Notes: generated by a model not told the origin, from the letters alone. Numbered from the stretch's first letter, positions 8,686 through 17,250 are shown. The stretch is 34,328 nt of DNA from an uncultured virus (IMG/VR IMGVR_UViG_3300002460_000002) (IMGVR_UViG_3300002460_000002:62001-96328), one strand, 5' to 3'. Made by a program: numbers and translations.

Positions 8686-9024
8686 ATGGTGAAATCCTGC
8701 AAGATCGATCTCCCTGTCGTCTCTCGCGACATCTGGCCCGACGGCACCAAGATCACGTTCCACAAGATCCCACTGCCGTTCCGGCGCAAGCCCATCGTGC
8801 CGTCGAGCGCACCGTCGAAGACCGCGATCGTGCCTCTCGACCGTGTGTTCGCGTCGCAGACCCAGGCAACCGACGTCGGCCTGTGCAAGCCGATCACGGG
8901 TCTACCGTTCGTCTACCGTGAGCACGACGGCACGTTCACGGTGAGCGATGGGCACCATCGGATCGTCCGGGCGTTGCTTCGAGGGCGAAAGCGGCTCAAA
9001 ATGCGGGTGACGGACGTTCCATGA
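8686..9024 (+). CDS. Small ParB/Sulfiredoxin-like domain protein
   Basis: PFVYREHDGTFTVSDGHHRIVRALLRG matches the ParB/Srx DGHHR motif. Confidence 0.7.
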   Translation: MVKSCKIDLPVVSRDIWPDGTKITFHKIPLPFRRKPIVPSSAPSKTAIVPLDRVFASQTQATDVGLCKPITGLPFVYREHDGTFTVSDGHHRIVRALLRGRKRLKMRVTDVP

Positions 9025-9563
9025 AACGCAAGCGAGGTTTCTTCCGCACCGCAGGTAAGCTCGCCGCCTACTCCGGTGTCGCCGTGCTTGGCCTAGTCGG
9101 TACGCGTTTCATCGCCGACCTCGCGGCTCGCGGGAACAAGAACCCGATCCCGCTCTGGGGTACCCTGCTCGGGACATGGTCGCTCGCAGCGCTGGCGACC
9201 TGGAAGTGGGGCGGGGCGTACTCGACCGCGGCCCTGGTCGGCTCCGGCGTCGCCGTCCTCGATGAAGGCTTCGCACACGCACTGAAAGCCGGCGGGTTCG
9301 GACCTAGGACCGGGATGGTGCTGCGGCCGGATGCGCTTTCAGGCGTGTGTCCGGTGCAGACACAGGGGCCGTTTCCCACGCCGTCCTTGTTCCGGCCGGC
9401 CGCGCGGGATGCCTGCGACGCGAACTTCTGGCGCGGCCGGTGGGTTGGCTGCAGGAAAGCCGACGGTACTATCGAGCGCCGGTGGTGCCACGATTCGTAC
9501 GGCGGGGGACAGTGTTGCCCGGGACAGTACGTCGCGATGTCGGATTGGCCGGCGCGGGTTTGA
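9021..9563 (+). CDS. Membrane protein with Cys-rich C-terminal domain
   Basis: Basic N-terminus, three hydrophobic segments, then a domain with six Cys. Confidence 0.65.
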   Translation: MKRKRGFFRTAGKLAAYSGVAVLGLVGTRFIADLAARGNKNPIPLWGTLLGTWSLAALATWKWGGAYSTAALVGSGVAVLDEGFAHALKAGGFGPRTGMVLRPDALSGVCPVQTQGPFPTPSLFRPAARDACDANFWRGRWVGCRKADGTIERRWCHDSYGGGQCCPGQYVAMSDWPARV

Positions 9564-9566
9564 CAG

Positions 9567-9746
9567 TCACTCAGTCCGCGTTTTATCTCGTAGAAGTTCG
9601 TCTAACTCACGTTTCGCCATGACGCCCGCGTAAGTTCCTGCATAGATTTGTGAACGCTTGCGTAGCTTCGCTAAAGAATGGGCTCGTCGGTTTTTGCGAT
9701 AACGGCGTTCATTTTCTTCTAGCTGAAAACTTTTCCATTGTCCCAT
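9567..9746 (-). CDS. Hypothetical protein
   Basis: MGQWKSFQLEEN... from ATG 9746. Confidence 0.45.
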   Translation of the reverse strand: MGQWKSFQLEENERRYRKNRRAHSLAKLRKRSQIYAGTYAGVMAKRELDELLRDKTRTE

Positions 9747-9750
9747 ACGA

Positions 9751-10068
9751 TCAAGCTTTGCTCCGCGCGATCCCGTACAACGTCTCGAGTTCGTTCTTCG
9801 TGACCGCCGGCCAGATCTTCGCGGCGTTGCGCCGGGCCACGTAGTCGATGATCTCGTTCGCGCGGGTCTGGAGCCGTGCGGAGACGGGTTTGTCACTACC
9901 GCGGATCAAGAACATCAGGGTCTTGAAATGTCCGAAGGTAGCCGAGAGCTGGTCCGCCGGTGCCGGTGGGAGGGGAGGCGGGCTCTGTGCGCTGGCGAGC
10001 GCGGCCAGGCCGAGGAGGGCGCCGACGCCGACGACGGTACCGATGGCGAGGGAAGTGCCGAGCTTCAT
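9751..10068 (-). CDS. Signal-anchor/membrane protein
   Basis: MKLGTSLAIGTVVGVGALLGLAALASA from ATG 10068, with an AGGA RBS upstream. Confidence 0.65.
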   Translation of the reverse strand: MKLGTSLAIGTVVGVGALLGLAALASAQSPPPLPPAPADQLSATFGHFKTLMFLIRGSDKPVSARLQTRANEIIDYVARRNAAKIWPAVTKNELETLYGIARSKA

Positions 10069-10216
10069 CAGAGTCCTGCTGCTAGACCAAAGATTGTCGA
10101 GAGAAAATGAGGAGAGATGCGTTTTCGTGGCGGGTGAAGTCCGTACCGAAACGGACCCCAGTACCATCGGGGGATGTCACCGTAGTCGTTCACCCATTTT
10201 TTCGCGTAGCCCATGG

Positions 10217-10399
10217 TCAGTCCTGCTTCCGGTAGCAACTGTTGAGCTGCTTCTTCAGCTTCTTCGGCGCGCTCTGGCCGGTGCGCAGCTTGATCTGCTT
10301 CAACCAGTAGTCCGCGTGGCGGCAGTCGTTGCGCTGGATCGCCTTTCGGGCCGCGGTGAGCGCCTTCATCGTGAAGATGCGGGTGTTCTTGTCGGCCAT
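10217..10399 (-). CDS. Small basic hypothetical protein
   Basis: 60-aa ORF within the leftward operon. Confidence 0.55.
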   Translation of the reverse strand: MADKNTRIFTMKALTAARKAIQRNDCRHADYWLKQIKLRTGQSAPKKLKKQLNSCYRKQD

Positions 10400-10414
10400 G
10401 ACATCCTGATGGTA

Positions 10415-10648
10415 TCAGTTTTTTGGCTCTTGATCGAGCGCCCGTAGCCGTTCCAGAGTTGTTACCGATCCTCCTCTGGATTGAGAATAAGCGTTCCTGA
10501 TGTCCACCAGTTTTCGTATGTGATAGCCCGAGCGTCGGCTGCAAGAGTCGCCGAGACGGACAAATAGGCGATGGAGAATCCCACACCAGCGCATCCCACG
10601 CGTGAAGAAGGTTGTCGCGATCTCGTGGAAACGAAAGCGAATCATCAT
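10415..10648 (-). CDS. Hypothetical protein
   Basis: ORF coupled (ATGA) to 10645-10920. Confidence 0.45.
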   Translation of the reverse strand: MMIRFRFHEIATTFFTRGMRWCGILHRLFVRLGDSCSRRSGYHIRKLVDIRNAYSQSRGGSVTTLERLRALDQEPKN

Positions 10649-10920
10649 GACGCCGCAGCCTTCCTACGCATCGTGTCCGACACGGTTGTGAGGTTGCGAA
10701 GTGTGTCCGTCGAACTCTTCGCGAAGTCTGCAGGCACGGTCGGAACGGGCTGGAAATCGGCGTCGATAATGAGGATCGTACCGCATCGGCAGATTACGAA
10801 GTCACCTCTGTTGCCTTTAGAGACGCCGTCCAGGTAGCGGCCGCCGGACAAAACGAGACCGCACTTCTGACAGGCGCCGGGCTTGAGCGGGACACGGCGA
10901 GAGAGTTTTGGTGCGGTCAT
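10645..10920 (-). CDS. Zinc-ribbon-like hypothetical protein
   Basis: CQKC...CRCG motifs and coupled overlaps with neighbours. Confidence 0.6.
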   Translation of the reverse strand: MTAPKLSRRVPLKPGACQKCGLVLSGGRYLDGVSKGNRGDFVICRCGTILIIDADFQPVPTVPADFAKSSTDTLRNLTTVSDTMRRKAAAS

Positions 10921-11156
10921 GCGGTTTTCGTAATCTCGTGAGCCAGCGCTGCTTCCGCCATCAACATCGCGCTTTGTTTAGTCTGGCTCGATCCGGTCCA
11001 CGGGTAGTGGTGAGAAAGGTTGTCTTCACTCATCTTGCGCACGATGTAGTTCCAAAACGTTCTACCTGCGAGGCCCTGCTTCGGCCACACCACCGCTTCC
11101 CAGCCGTTGACGTTGGTTTGCGTTCGGCGTGGCTCTTCTACCCAGACGATGTTCAA
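10917..11156 (-). CDS. Hypothetical protein
   Basis: 79-aa ORF with 4-nt overlaps on both sides. Confidence 0.6.
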   Translation of the reverse strand: MNIVWVEEPRRTQTNVNGWEAVVWPKQGLAGRTFWNYIVRKMSEDNLSHHYPWTGSSQTKQSAMLMAEAALAHEITKTA

Positions 11157-11539
11157 GAGACAGGACCTCCACTGAAGCCGGGATCTGGAAATGGGATTGC
11201 GTCCTCATCCCTTTGATCCACTTGATTCAGCATCTCTTCGAGCGACGCGCGGTTTTCTTCCAGAGTTTCCGCCGGTGCGGAGATCACGTGTTGTAGCGAC
11301 GTGATGTTCGGCCGCCCTGGCACGCTGTATCGGTTGGCGTAGATGTCGTCTTGCACAAGGGTCAAGAGAGCCGAGACGACGTTCAGGCGCTCTTGTGGGG
11401 TCCACTGTTTTGAGATTTTCATGGTGTCCTCTTCGTTCGGGAGCGGTTTGAACAAGCCGGTGTCTGAGTCGAGCACGAGTTCCGGGTTCTCGATGAGACA
11501 GCCACCCCAGGGCGCGTTCTTGTCTTCGATGATTTTCAT
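11153..11539 (-). CDS. Hypothetical protein
   Basis: Likely start ATG 11539 (MKIIEDKNAP), coupled to the upstream gene. Confidence 0.55.
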   Translation of the reverse strand: MKIIEDKNAPWGGCLIENPELVLDSDTGLFKPLPNEEDTMKISKQWTPQERLNVVSALLTLVQDDIYANRYSVPGRPNITSLQHVISAPAETLEENRASLEEMLNQVDQRDEDAIPFPDPGFSGGPVS

Positions 11540-11919
11540 GGTCTGTGTTTTTTCAAGTACTCTTGAACCATGCGATCTGATTCCACTGCGGCTATTCGTC
11601 GGTGCTCTTCTGCTTTGTCGTTGTCCATGTGAGGCGGGAGTTGCACCGGAATTTTTCCCCACGACTCGCCGAAAGTACCATCGGGGCCGAAATGGATTCC
11701 CCAGGTGTAGTAAGTGAGTGCACCTCTTGGTGGGCAGTCGTCGGGTTTTCGCAACTGAACGATGTAGTGGGGTTTGCCTGTTCGATCAGGAATCCATCGG
11801 TATTTCTTCCCGGCTTGGTTTAGTAGTGTCCGAACGTGGGCACAGTCTGTGGTCATTGTTTCTCCATGAGCCCGCGTCGGGCTTCGCGCGTGACACGGCG
11901 TTTGAATGCGGGGGGTCAT
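11536..11919 (-). CDS. Hypothetical protein
   Basis: ORF in the coupled leftward run. Start uncertain. Confidence 0.5.
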   Translation of the reverse strand: MTPRIQTPCHARSPTRAHGETMTTDCAHVRTLLNQAGKKYRWIPDRTGKPHYIVQLRKPDDCPPRGALTYYTWGIHFGPDGTFGESWGKIPVQLPPHMDNDKAEEHRRIAAVESDRMVQEYLKKHRP

Positions 11920-12146
11920 GTTTTGTGTTTCATGATGGTGGAGAGAATCGTGAACCCGTTGTTTTTAGACGGGATAATTCCGTCGAGTTCGTCGAAGGCT
12001 TGTGCAACATCAGCGGCTTCGTCCCAACCCTCTTTTCGGGCCTCGTCCGCATTCATGCGACAACCGTCACCTACTGGGTCTACCAGATTGCGTTCTTTCT
12101 TCACGATGTCGAAGGCTCGTGAAGTCTTGTGTTCGATGAAACTCAT
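11916..12146 (-). CDS. Hypothetical protein
   Basis: MSFIEHKTSRAF... coupled to 12143-12391. Confidence 0.5.
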   Translation of the reverse strand: MSFIEHKTSRAFDIVKKERNLVDPVGDGCRMNADEARKEGWDEAADVAQAFDELDGIIPSKNNGFTILSTIMKHKT

Positions 12147-12391
12147 GTTGTTGCGATCTTGAGGCACTTCGGACACCAGTGTGACAAGCCATCTTTTGAG
12201 CCGTAGGTGGAAAGCGGGATCAAGGTGTCCCAGCCGACTTTGGCACCACACAGAGCAGGTGGCGCACCACCACCCAAAAACAACCCGTCAGCTTCGATGC
12301 GGCGGATGTGGTAGTTCCACGTCGACGTTTCTGTCTCTGCGATCACCAGATCCCCAGGGGCGAGGGTCTTCTTGGCTTGGGTAGTGTTCAT
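12143..12391 (-). CDS. Hypothetical protein with possible Zn-binding motif
   Basis: YHIR...ALCG...WCPKC. AAAGGAAG RBS upstream. Confidence 0.65.
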   Translation of the reverse strand: MNTTQAKKTLAPGDLVIAETETSTWNYHIRRIEADGLFLGGGAPPALCGAKVGWDTLIPLSTYGSKDGLSHWCPKCLKIATT

Positions 12392-12412
12392 GCGTCTTCC
12401 TTTTCAAAATTG

Positions 12413-12625
12413 TCAGAGTCTCTTCCTGAACATGTCACGCAACGACTTCACGATTGACTCGAACGGCGCGGCTAGCGTGTCCGCGATGTCGGCCTGGATT
12501 TTGTCCATCTCCGCTTGGACGTCGGCTGTGCCTCCGCCTTCACTCGTGGTGGTTGTTTCGGTGATCACGGACTGATCTCCGTTCCGGACGGTTCGCACCA
12601 CGCGGATGGTCTTGGTGACTTTCAT
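12413..12625 (-). CDS. Hypothetical protein
   Basis: MKVTKTIRVV... from ATG 12625 after a GGGGG RBS-like tract. Confidence 0.55.
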   Translation of the reverse strand: MKVTKTIRVVRTVRNGDQSVITETTTTSEGGGTADVQAEMDKIQADIADTLAAPFESIVKSLRDMFRKRL

Positions 12626-12879
12626 CAAGCCCCCTTCAACGCGTCCCGCATTCGCTGGTTCGCTTCGGCCCACCCCTGCATCTTTCCCTCTTCGTATCCG
12701 GCCTGGAAGTCGAGCGGCACACCGACGGACCGTCTGATGACGTTGCGCACGTGTTCCGCGAAGACCGGTCCCCCGTCGGCGCCGGCCGCCTGGAAGAGCG
12801 CAGCGGCGACTTTGTTGGGAAGACGGACGCACACCGCTTGGCTTACTTCCTTGCCGTGCGGTCCTCTGGGGCGGGGCAT
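12625..12879 (-). CDS. Putative ribbon-helix-helix transcriptional regulator
   Basis: MPRPRGP...AVCVRLPNKVAAALFQAA...FAEHVRNVIRRSV gives a strand-helix-helix pattern. It is the first gene of the leftward operon. Confidence 0.55.
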   Translation of the reverse strand: MPRPRGPHGKEVSQAVCVRLPNKVAAALFQAAGADGGPVFAEHVRNVIRRSVGVPLDFQAGYEEGKMQGWAEANQRMRDALKGA

Positions 12880-13018
12880 ACTCGTAGTGTTACACCGCAG
12901 GAATCCAAAAGGCGAGCCGTTTTTAGGGTCGGACCGGTAGCCAGGGTAGATGCCGCACCGCGTAAGGCTACGCTACGTAACAAATTGATTGACTAGAAGG
13001 GGGACATCTGGTTAATTG
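12880..13018. promoter_or_regulatory. Divergent control region between the leftward and rightward operons
   Basis: Non-coding strand-switch point. TTGACT (12989-12994) is followed 16-17 nt later by GTTAAT/TTAATT. Confidence 0.6.
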
Positions 13019-13351
13019 ATGATCAAGATGCCCCGAAAAAAGCCCGCCGTCAAGCCTTCAAAATCGAGCCGAAAAGCCGTGAAAACGGCTCTCAAGCGCG
13101 AATCCAGCGTCACGCCCGGGTTCGATTACACGTGGAACGGCCCGCCGCAGGCTGGGGCGGTCTGGTTCCGTCCGAGAGGTTACGTTGACGGAAAAATCAA
13201 CCCTCCGGCAGAAACGCGGCATGTTCTCGATCGGACGTTAGGGGCCGGTGTGATTTTCGTCTCGGGCAGGTACACGCGTTTTGCGTGGCGGCAGCGGTGC
13301 ACTCTCGCCGAGTGGCAAAAGTGGGCAAAGGGCGCAAGGGAGAAGTCGTGA
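13019..13351 (+). CDS. Hypothetical protein (basic N-terminus)
   Basis: First ORF of the rightward operon. Start 13019 or 13028. Confidence 0.6.
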   Translation: MIKMPRKKPAVKPSKSSRKAVKTALKRESSVTPGFDYTWNGPPQAGAVWFRPRGYVDGKINPPAETRHVLDRTLGAGVIFVSGRYTRFAWRQRCTLAEWQKWAKGAREKS

Positions 13352-13713
13352 AGAAGCCTCCGAAACCTCTCCCGCACGGCCGCGTGGTCGTGGGCGGTCT
13401 TTTGAGGCCGAAGCGCTGGACCGCAGCGTGGGCCAAGCGAGCGCGGGCTGCTGTGTCAGCTGAACACGAGTGGCGCAGAATAACGAGAGGTGCTCAACGG
13501 GTGAAAACGGTGCGTGTTGATGATTTGTTGCCGTTGGTGCAGGTACACGTTGACGAAAACGGCCACTTTCGTAACGTAGGCGCTTCCGTAAACCTCGACG
13601 TCGTCGTTCTACGCAACTTCGGGAAGGTTCATCTCGCGCGTCGGTTCGCGGCGCGGGTCAACAAAGCGTTTGAGCGGCGGTTGCGTCGACTTGCGAGAAA
13701 GGCCACCCGATGA
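13348..13713 (+). CDS. Basic hypothetical protein
   Basis: GTGA-coupled start at 13348. Confidence 0.55.
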   Translation: MKKPPKPLPHGRVVVGGLLRPKRWTAAWAKRARAAVSAEHEWRRITRGAQRVKTVRVDDLLPLVQVHVDENGHFRNVGASVNLDVVVLRNFGKVHLARRFAARVNKAFERRLRRLARKATR

Positions 13714-13982
13714 TCTGCCTCGCCTGCACGAACGAGTACATGCAAGGGACCGCCTGCCCTGCGTGTGGAGACTCGCGGGGGTTCAGGATGCCGGTCGAGA
13801 TACTCGAATCGTACGTCGTAGAGGCGAAAAACAAGACAGCGGTCGAGAAGATTCTTAAGGGATTCGTCGTTGTCATTGAGAAGAACGCGAACTTCTTGGT
13901 GCTTCAACAAGGCACCAACCAGATCACGATCTGGAACCCGCTCGTGATCGTCACGAAGTTGTACACGGGGGTGAAGGGATGA
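13710..13982 (+). CDS. Zinc-finger hypothetical protein
   Basis: CLAC...CPAC. Confidence 0.6.
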   Translation: MICLACTNEYMQGTACPACGDSRGFRMPVEILESYVVEAKNKTAVEKILKGFVVVIEKNANFLVLQQGTNQITIWNPLVIVTKLYTGVKG

Positions 13983-14175
13983 GAATGCGTCTCGAACTGG
14001 CTCGACTCAGAAAACTTGCAGAGAACGGCGCGTACGCGTTTGCTTTGTACGTACGAACTCCGGGTGGATCTGATGTTTTGATTGATGGCCCGTGTGGGAG
14101 AACCGAAGCAGACACGATGTTAAAGATCGCGTCTTAAGCGAATGGGTACGCGAAGATCACGAAAACAAGGGATAA

Positions 14176-14886
14176 GTGACCCCCCTCCGCCCTTTCTTCT
14201 CGTACTACGGCTCGAAATGGCTTCTGGCGAAGCACTACCCCCAGCCGGAGCACGACCTGATCATCGAGCCGTTCGCGGGAAGCGCTGGGTACGCGACCCG
14301 GTACCACGACCGCAACGTCGTGCTCTCGGACACGAATCCGATCATCGCGGGTGTCTGGAACTACCTGATCAAGTCCCGCGCGTCGACCATCATGAAGCTG
14401 CCGGCGCCGGTGGATTGTGTCGACGATCTCCACGCTTGTCAGGAAGCCCGGTGGTTGGTCGGCTTCTGGCTCGGGCGCGCGTCCCACGGACCAAGGCGTA
14501 CGCTTTCAGCATGGGGACGTGACGGTAGATGGCCGATGTGTTTCTGGGGCGAATCAATTCGCGAACGCATCGCCCGGCAGGTCGAGTACATCCGGCACTG
14601 GAAAGTTCACCACACGTCCTACGAGAATTTCTACCCGCCTGTGCTCAAACACGTGAAGGCAACCTGGTTCGTCGACCCGCCGTACGAGCGCCAAGGCAAG
14701 TATTACAACGGAGAGGCGCTCAACTATCCGGCGCTGGCCGAATGGTGCCGCGAGCGCCGCGGCCAGGTCATCGTCTGCGAGAACGAAGGCGCGAAGTGGC
14801 TTCCGTTCAAGCCCTTCCGCACAGCGCGCGCGAACTCAAGCCGGGGCAAGGGGCGGGTTTCGCACGAGGTGATCTGGACGTCATGA
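14176..14886 (+). CDS. DNA adenine methyltransferase (Dam/D12-like)
   Basis: RPFFSYYGSK, IEPFAGSAG (motif I) and FVDPPY (motif IV). Confidence 0.9.
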   Translation: MTPLRPFFSYYGSKWLLAKHYPQPEHDLIIEPFAGSAGYATRYHDRNVVLSDTNPIIAGVWNYLIKSRASTIMKLPAPVDCVDDLHACQEARWLVGFWLGRASHGPRRTLSAWGRDGRWPMCFWGESIRERIARQVEYIRHWKVHHTSYENFYPPVLKHVKATWFVDPPYERQGKYYNGEALNYPALAEWCRERRGQVIVCENEGAKWLPFKPFRTARANSSRGKGRVSHEVIWTS

Positions 14887-15875
14887 CCGCCTACTACAAC
14901 GAAATCGAGCCGTACTGCGCCGAGTGGCTTCGGAACCTCATCAAGGCCGGGCATATTGCTCCGGGGGACGTGGACGATCGTGACATCAAAGAAGTTTCGG
15001 CGGCGGATCTTAAAGCGTACACGCAATGTCACTTCTTCACGGGCGTGGGAATTTGGTCCTACTCCCTCCGTCAAGCCGGATGGCCCGACGATCGACCGGT
15101 TTGGTCAGGGAGCGCACCTTGTCAGCCCTTCAGCGCGGCCGGGAAAAAGAAAGGGACCGCCGACAAGCGCCACCTCTGGCCCGACTTCTTCCGGCTCATC
15201 CGCGAGTGTCGCCCTGACGTTGTCTTTGGTGAACAAGTTTCGAGTAAGGACGGCCTCGCTTGGTTCGACGCTGTTTCGGCTGACTGTGAAGGAGCGGGTT
15301 ACGCCATTGGGGCGCTTGATTCCTGCGCTGCGTGGGTCGGTGCTCCGCAACTCCGCCACCGTTTGTATTTCGTGGCCGAATCCAAGGGCGAGCGACGGCG
15401 AAAAGAACGTGAGGACGCTGGCCGGGGCGGAGGCGGAGGCGGAGAGGAGAGGTTGGAACAACGATCTGAACACGGCGGCGTTGGCGTCGTGGCCTGCACC
15501 GAAGGCGATCAGCGGCGGCCCGAACAGCAAGCGGGCGGAGCGCGGGGCGGGTGGTCCCGATCTGCAAGAAGTGGCGTCCTGGGCAACAACAACAACACGG
15601 GACCACAAGTCGGACCGCTCGCGGATGACGGACAGCGAGCTTTACGGATCGAAGGGCCGGCCGCTGGCGAGGCAGGTGTTGTCAGCGGTTTCTGGCGAGA
15701 CGCCGACCTCATCTGGTGCCGGGACGGAAAGTACCGGCCTGTTGGATCCGGAACATTCCCGCTGGCTCCAAGCAATCCCGGCCGCGTGGGAAAATTGCGC
15801 GCCTACGGGAACAGCCTCGTCGCGGCGCACGCGGCGGAGTTCGTGAAGTCGTACATCGAGGTCACCCGTGGCTAA
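14883..15875 (+). CDS. dcm: DNA cytosine-C5 methyltransferase (main/alpha frame)
   Basis: The true start is ATG 14883 (MTAYYNEIEP). Motifs HFFTGVG, SAPCQPFS (catalytic PC), FGEQV, PQLRHRLYFVA and C-terminal LRAYGNSLV. Confidence 0.9.
   Translation: MTAYYNEIEPYCAEWLRNLIKAGHIAPGDVDDRDIKEVSAADLKAYTQCHFFTGVGIWSYSLRQAGWPDDRPVWSGSAPCQPFSAAGKKKGTADKRHLWPDFFRLIRECRPDVVFGEQVSSKDGLAWFDAVSADCEGAGYAIGALDSCAAWVGAPQLRHRLYFVAESKGERRRKEREDAGRGGGGGGEERLEQRSEHGGVGVVACTEGDQRRPEQQAGGARGGWSRSARSGVLGNNNNTGPQVGPLADDGQRALRIEGPAAGEAGVVSGFWRDADLIWCRDGKYRPVGSGTFPLAPSNPGRVGKLRAYGNSLVAAHAAEFVKSYIEVTRG
14956..15846 (+). CDS. Putative overlapping beta subunit of the C5 MTase (alternative frame; start uncertain)
   Basis: 296-codon open frame nested in dcm. 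Contains repeated SW(P/A)xPxxxD units and LLDPEHSRWLQAIPAAW, a motif IX-like sequence missing from the main frame. Confidence 0.6.
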   Translation: MLRGTWTIVTSKKFRRRILKRTRNVTSSRAWEFGPTPSVKPDGPTIDRFGQGAHLVSPSARPGKRKGPPTSATSGPTSSGSSASVALTLSLVNKFRVRTASLGSTLFRLTVKERVTPLGRLIPALRGSVLRNSATVCISWPNPRASDGEKNVRTLAGAEAEAERRGWNNDLNTAALASWPAPKAISGGPNSKRAERGAGGPDLQEVASWATTTTRDHKSDRSRMTDSELYGSKGRPLARQVLSAVSGETPTSSGAGTESTGLLDPEHSRWLQAIPAAWENCAPTGTASSRRTRRSS

Positions 15876-16509
15876 AGTCGTCGAATCCAAGTCCAAGAAA
15901 GACGTTCGAGACGTCCGGGCGTTCGAGGAAAAGCGCGTGCTCGCGATCCCCCAGGCTCTGCTCCTAGAGCAGACGCTGGCTCGGCAGATCACGAGCGGAG
16001 ACTGGTCTTCACAGCAAGATGCTTTCGCCTTCCGAACCTTGCTTCGCACCGGCCTGCGCCGGTTCGAGTTCTGCAAGCTCCGTGTCGGCGACTTCGTCGG
16101 AGATCGGCTGCACGTGATCGGAAAAGGCAACCTCAGAGACTTCGTGCCGTTGCCGGAGCCCGCCGTCACGACATTGAGCCAGTGGTTGGTCGTCAAGCAA
16201 GAAAAGGGTGAGTCGGTCGAGTCTAAGGCGTTCCTTTTTCTCGGCCGCGGCGACGGCCCGATGAGCTTTTCGCTCCTGCGGCTGCGCTGGAAGAAGATGT
16301 TGGCGCTCGCCGGGCTGAAGGATCATTACGGACTTCATACACTTCGGCACACGGCTGGGCTGTTGGTGTACGCCGCGACCGGCGACCTGGCCAAGACGGC
16401 GCGGTTCCTCCGGCACACCGACACGAAGACGACGGCCGACTTTTATCTGCACGTGGATGCGGATCAACTCCGAGCGGATCTATCGAAGATAGATGTGTGG
16501 AAGCTGTGA
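15868..16509 (+). CDS. Tyrosine recombinase/integrase (catalytic domain only)
   Basis: TGLRRFE (R), GKG (K), HTLRH (HxxR), LRH and TTADFYLH (Y). Only 213 aa. Confidence 0.9.
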   Translation: MAKVVESKSKKDVRDVRAFEEKRVLAIPQALLLEQTLARQITSGDWSSQQDAFAFRTLLRTGLRRFEFCKLRVGDFVGDRLHVIGKGNLRDFVPLPEPAVTTLSQWLVVKQEKGESVESKAFLFLGRGDGPMSFSLLRLRWKKMLALAGLKDHYGLHTLRHTAGLLVYAATGDLAKTARFLRHTDTKTTADFYLHVDADQLRADLSKIDVWKL

Positions 16510-16703
16510 CCTGCCACTGGGGCATAGCCACCGAAGGCAGTCTGGGACTCTGCGGTAGCGCCGACGGAGCGCGCCGGACCACTCTTCGTCTCGTCAACTG
16601 CCAGTACTGCCAGAACATCATCGATCGGTATTTGTCTGAGATGGTCACTTTTCCCAAGGACGGAATACCGGAATTCAAGATTTTTGAGGAGGGAAGTACA
16701 TGA
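16506..16703 (+). CDS. Small Cys-containing hypothetical protein
   Basis: GTGA-coupled. CHW...LCG...VNCQYC. Confidence 0.55.
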   Translation: MTCHWGIATEGSLGLCGSADGARRTTLRLVNCQYCQNIIDRYLSEMVTFPKDGIPEFKIFEEGST

Positions 16704-16915
16704 TGATTCCCGCAGCCGCAATCGAGTTCAACGAAGGTGGCAACACTCTATGGGTACACGGTCCCGAAGGTGGAACCATTTTGCGGTTGAAGTTCTCCGG
16801 CAAGATCACGTCGAAGGTGTGCAAGGCGAGTCCGGTGCCGCATGCGGATGCGATGTGCCTGGGGGATCTGGAGTTCTGCATTCCGAGGAAAAGGAAGAGG
16901 AGACCGCGACCATGA
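16700..16915 (+). CDS. Hypothetical phage protein
   Basis: Strong RBS GAGGAGGG. IEFNEGGNTLWVHGPEGGTILR. Confidence 0.65.
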   Translation: MMIPAAAIEFNEGGNTLWVHGPEGGTILRLKFSGKITSKVCKASPVPHADAMCLGDLEFCIPRKRKRRPRP

Positions 16916-17250
16916 GCAATCCAGAGAATCAAGACAAGTGGGTCAAGAAATTCCCGAAGCCGGAAGGTGATCAACCACCGCATCCTGGAGAACCGCCGGT
17001 TTCGTTCGCGAGACCGGACTGGAAACAGCGCGATGATGAGTGGAATGCCAAACTAAAGGCATTCAACGGCTACGCCCAAGAGGCGCAACACTGGGTAGTT
17101 GCGGAGGCTCTCGATGAGTTGACACCGGCCTTGGAAGCAGACACTGCGACTCCGGTAGAACGAATTTGCTACGTGCTCGGAACCAGATACTTGACCGGTG
17201 AAGACGACGATGGAGGCATTTTTGGCTCTCTTTTCGGAGGCCGCCGGTGA
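16912..17250 (+). CDS. Hypothetical protein
   Basis: MSNPENQDK from ATG 16912, with GAGGAG RBS. Confidence 0.65.
   Translation: MSNPENQDKWVKKFPKPEGDQPPHPGEPPVSFARPDWKQRDDEWNAKLKAFNGYAQEAQHWVVAEALDELTPALEADTATPVERICYVLGTRYLTGEDDDGGIFGSLFGGRR

Noticed and set aside
14529..14882. ORF-track N-terminal extension of the C5 MTase
   Set aside because: It overlaps the adenine MTase. The ATGA-coupled start at 14883 matches the family N-terminus.
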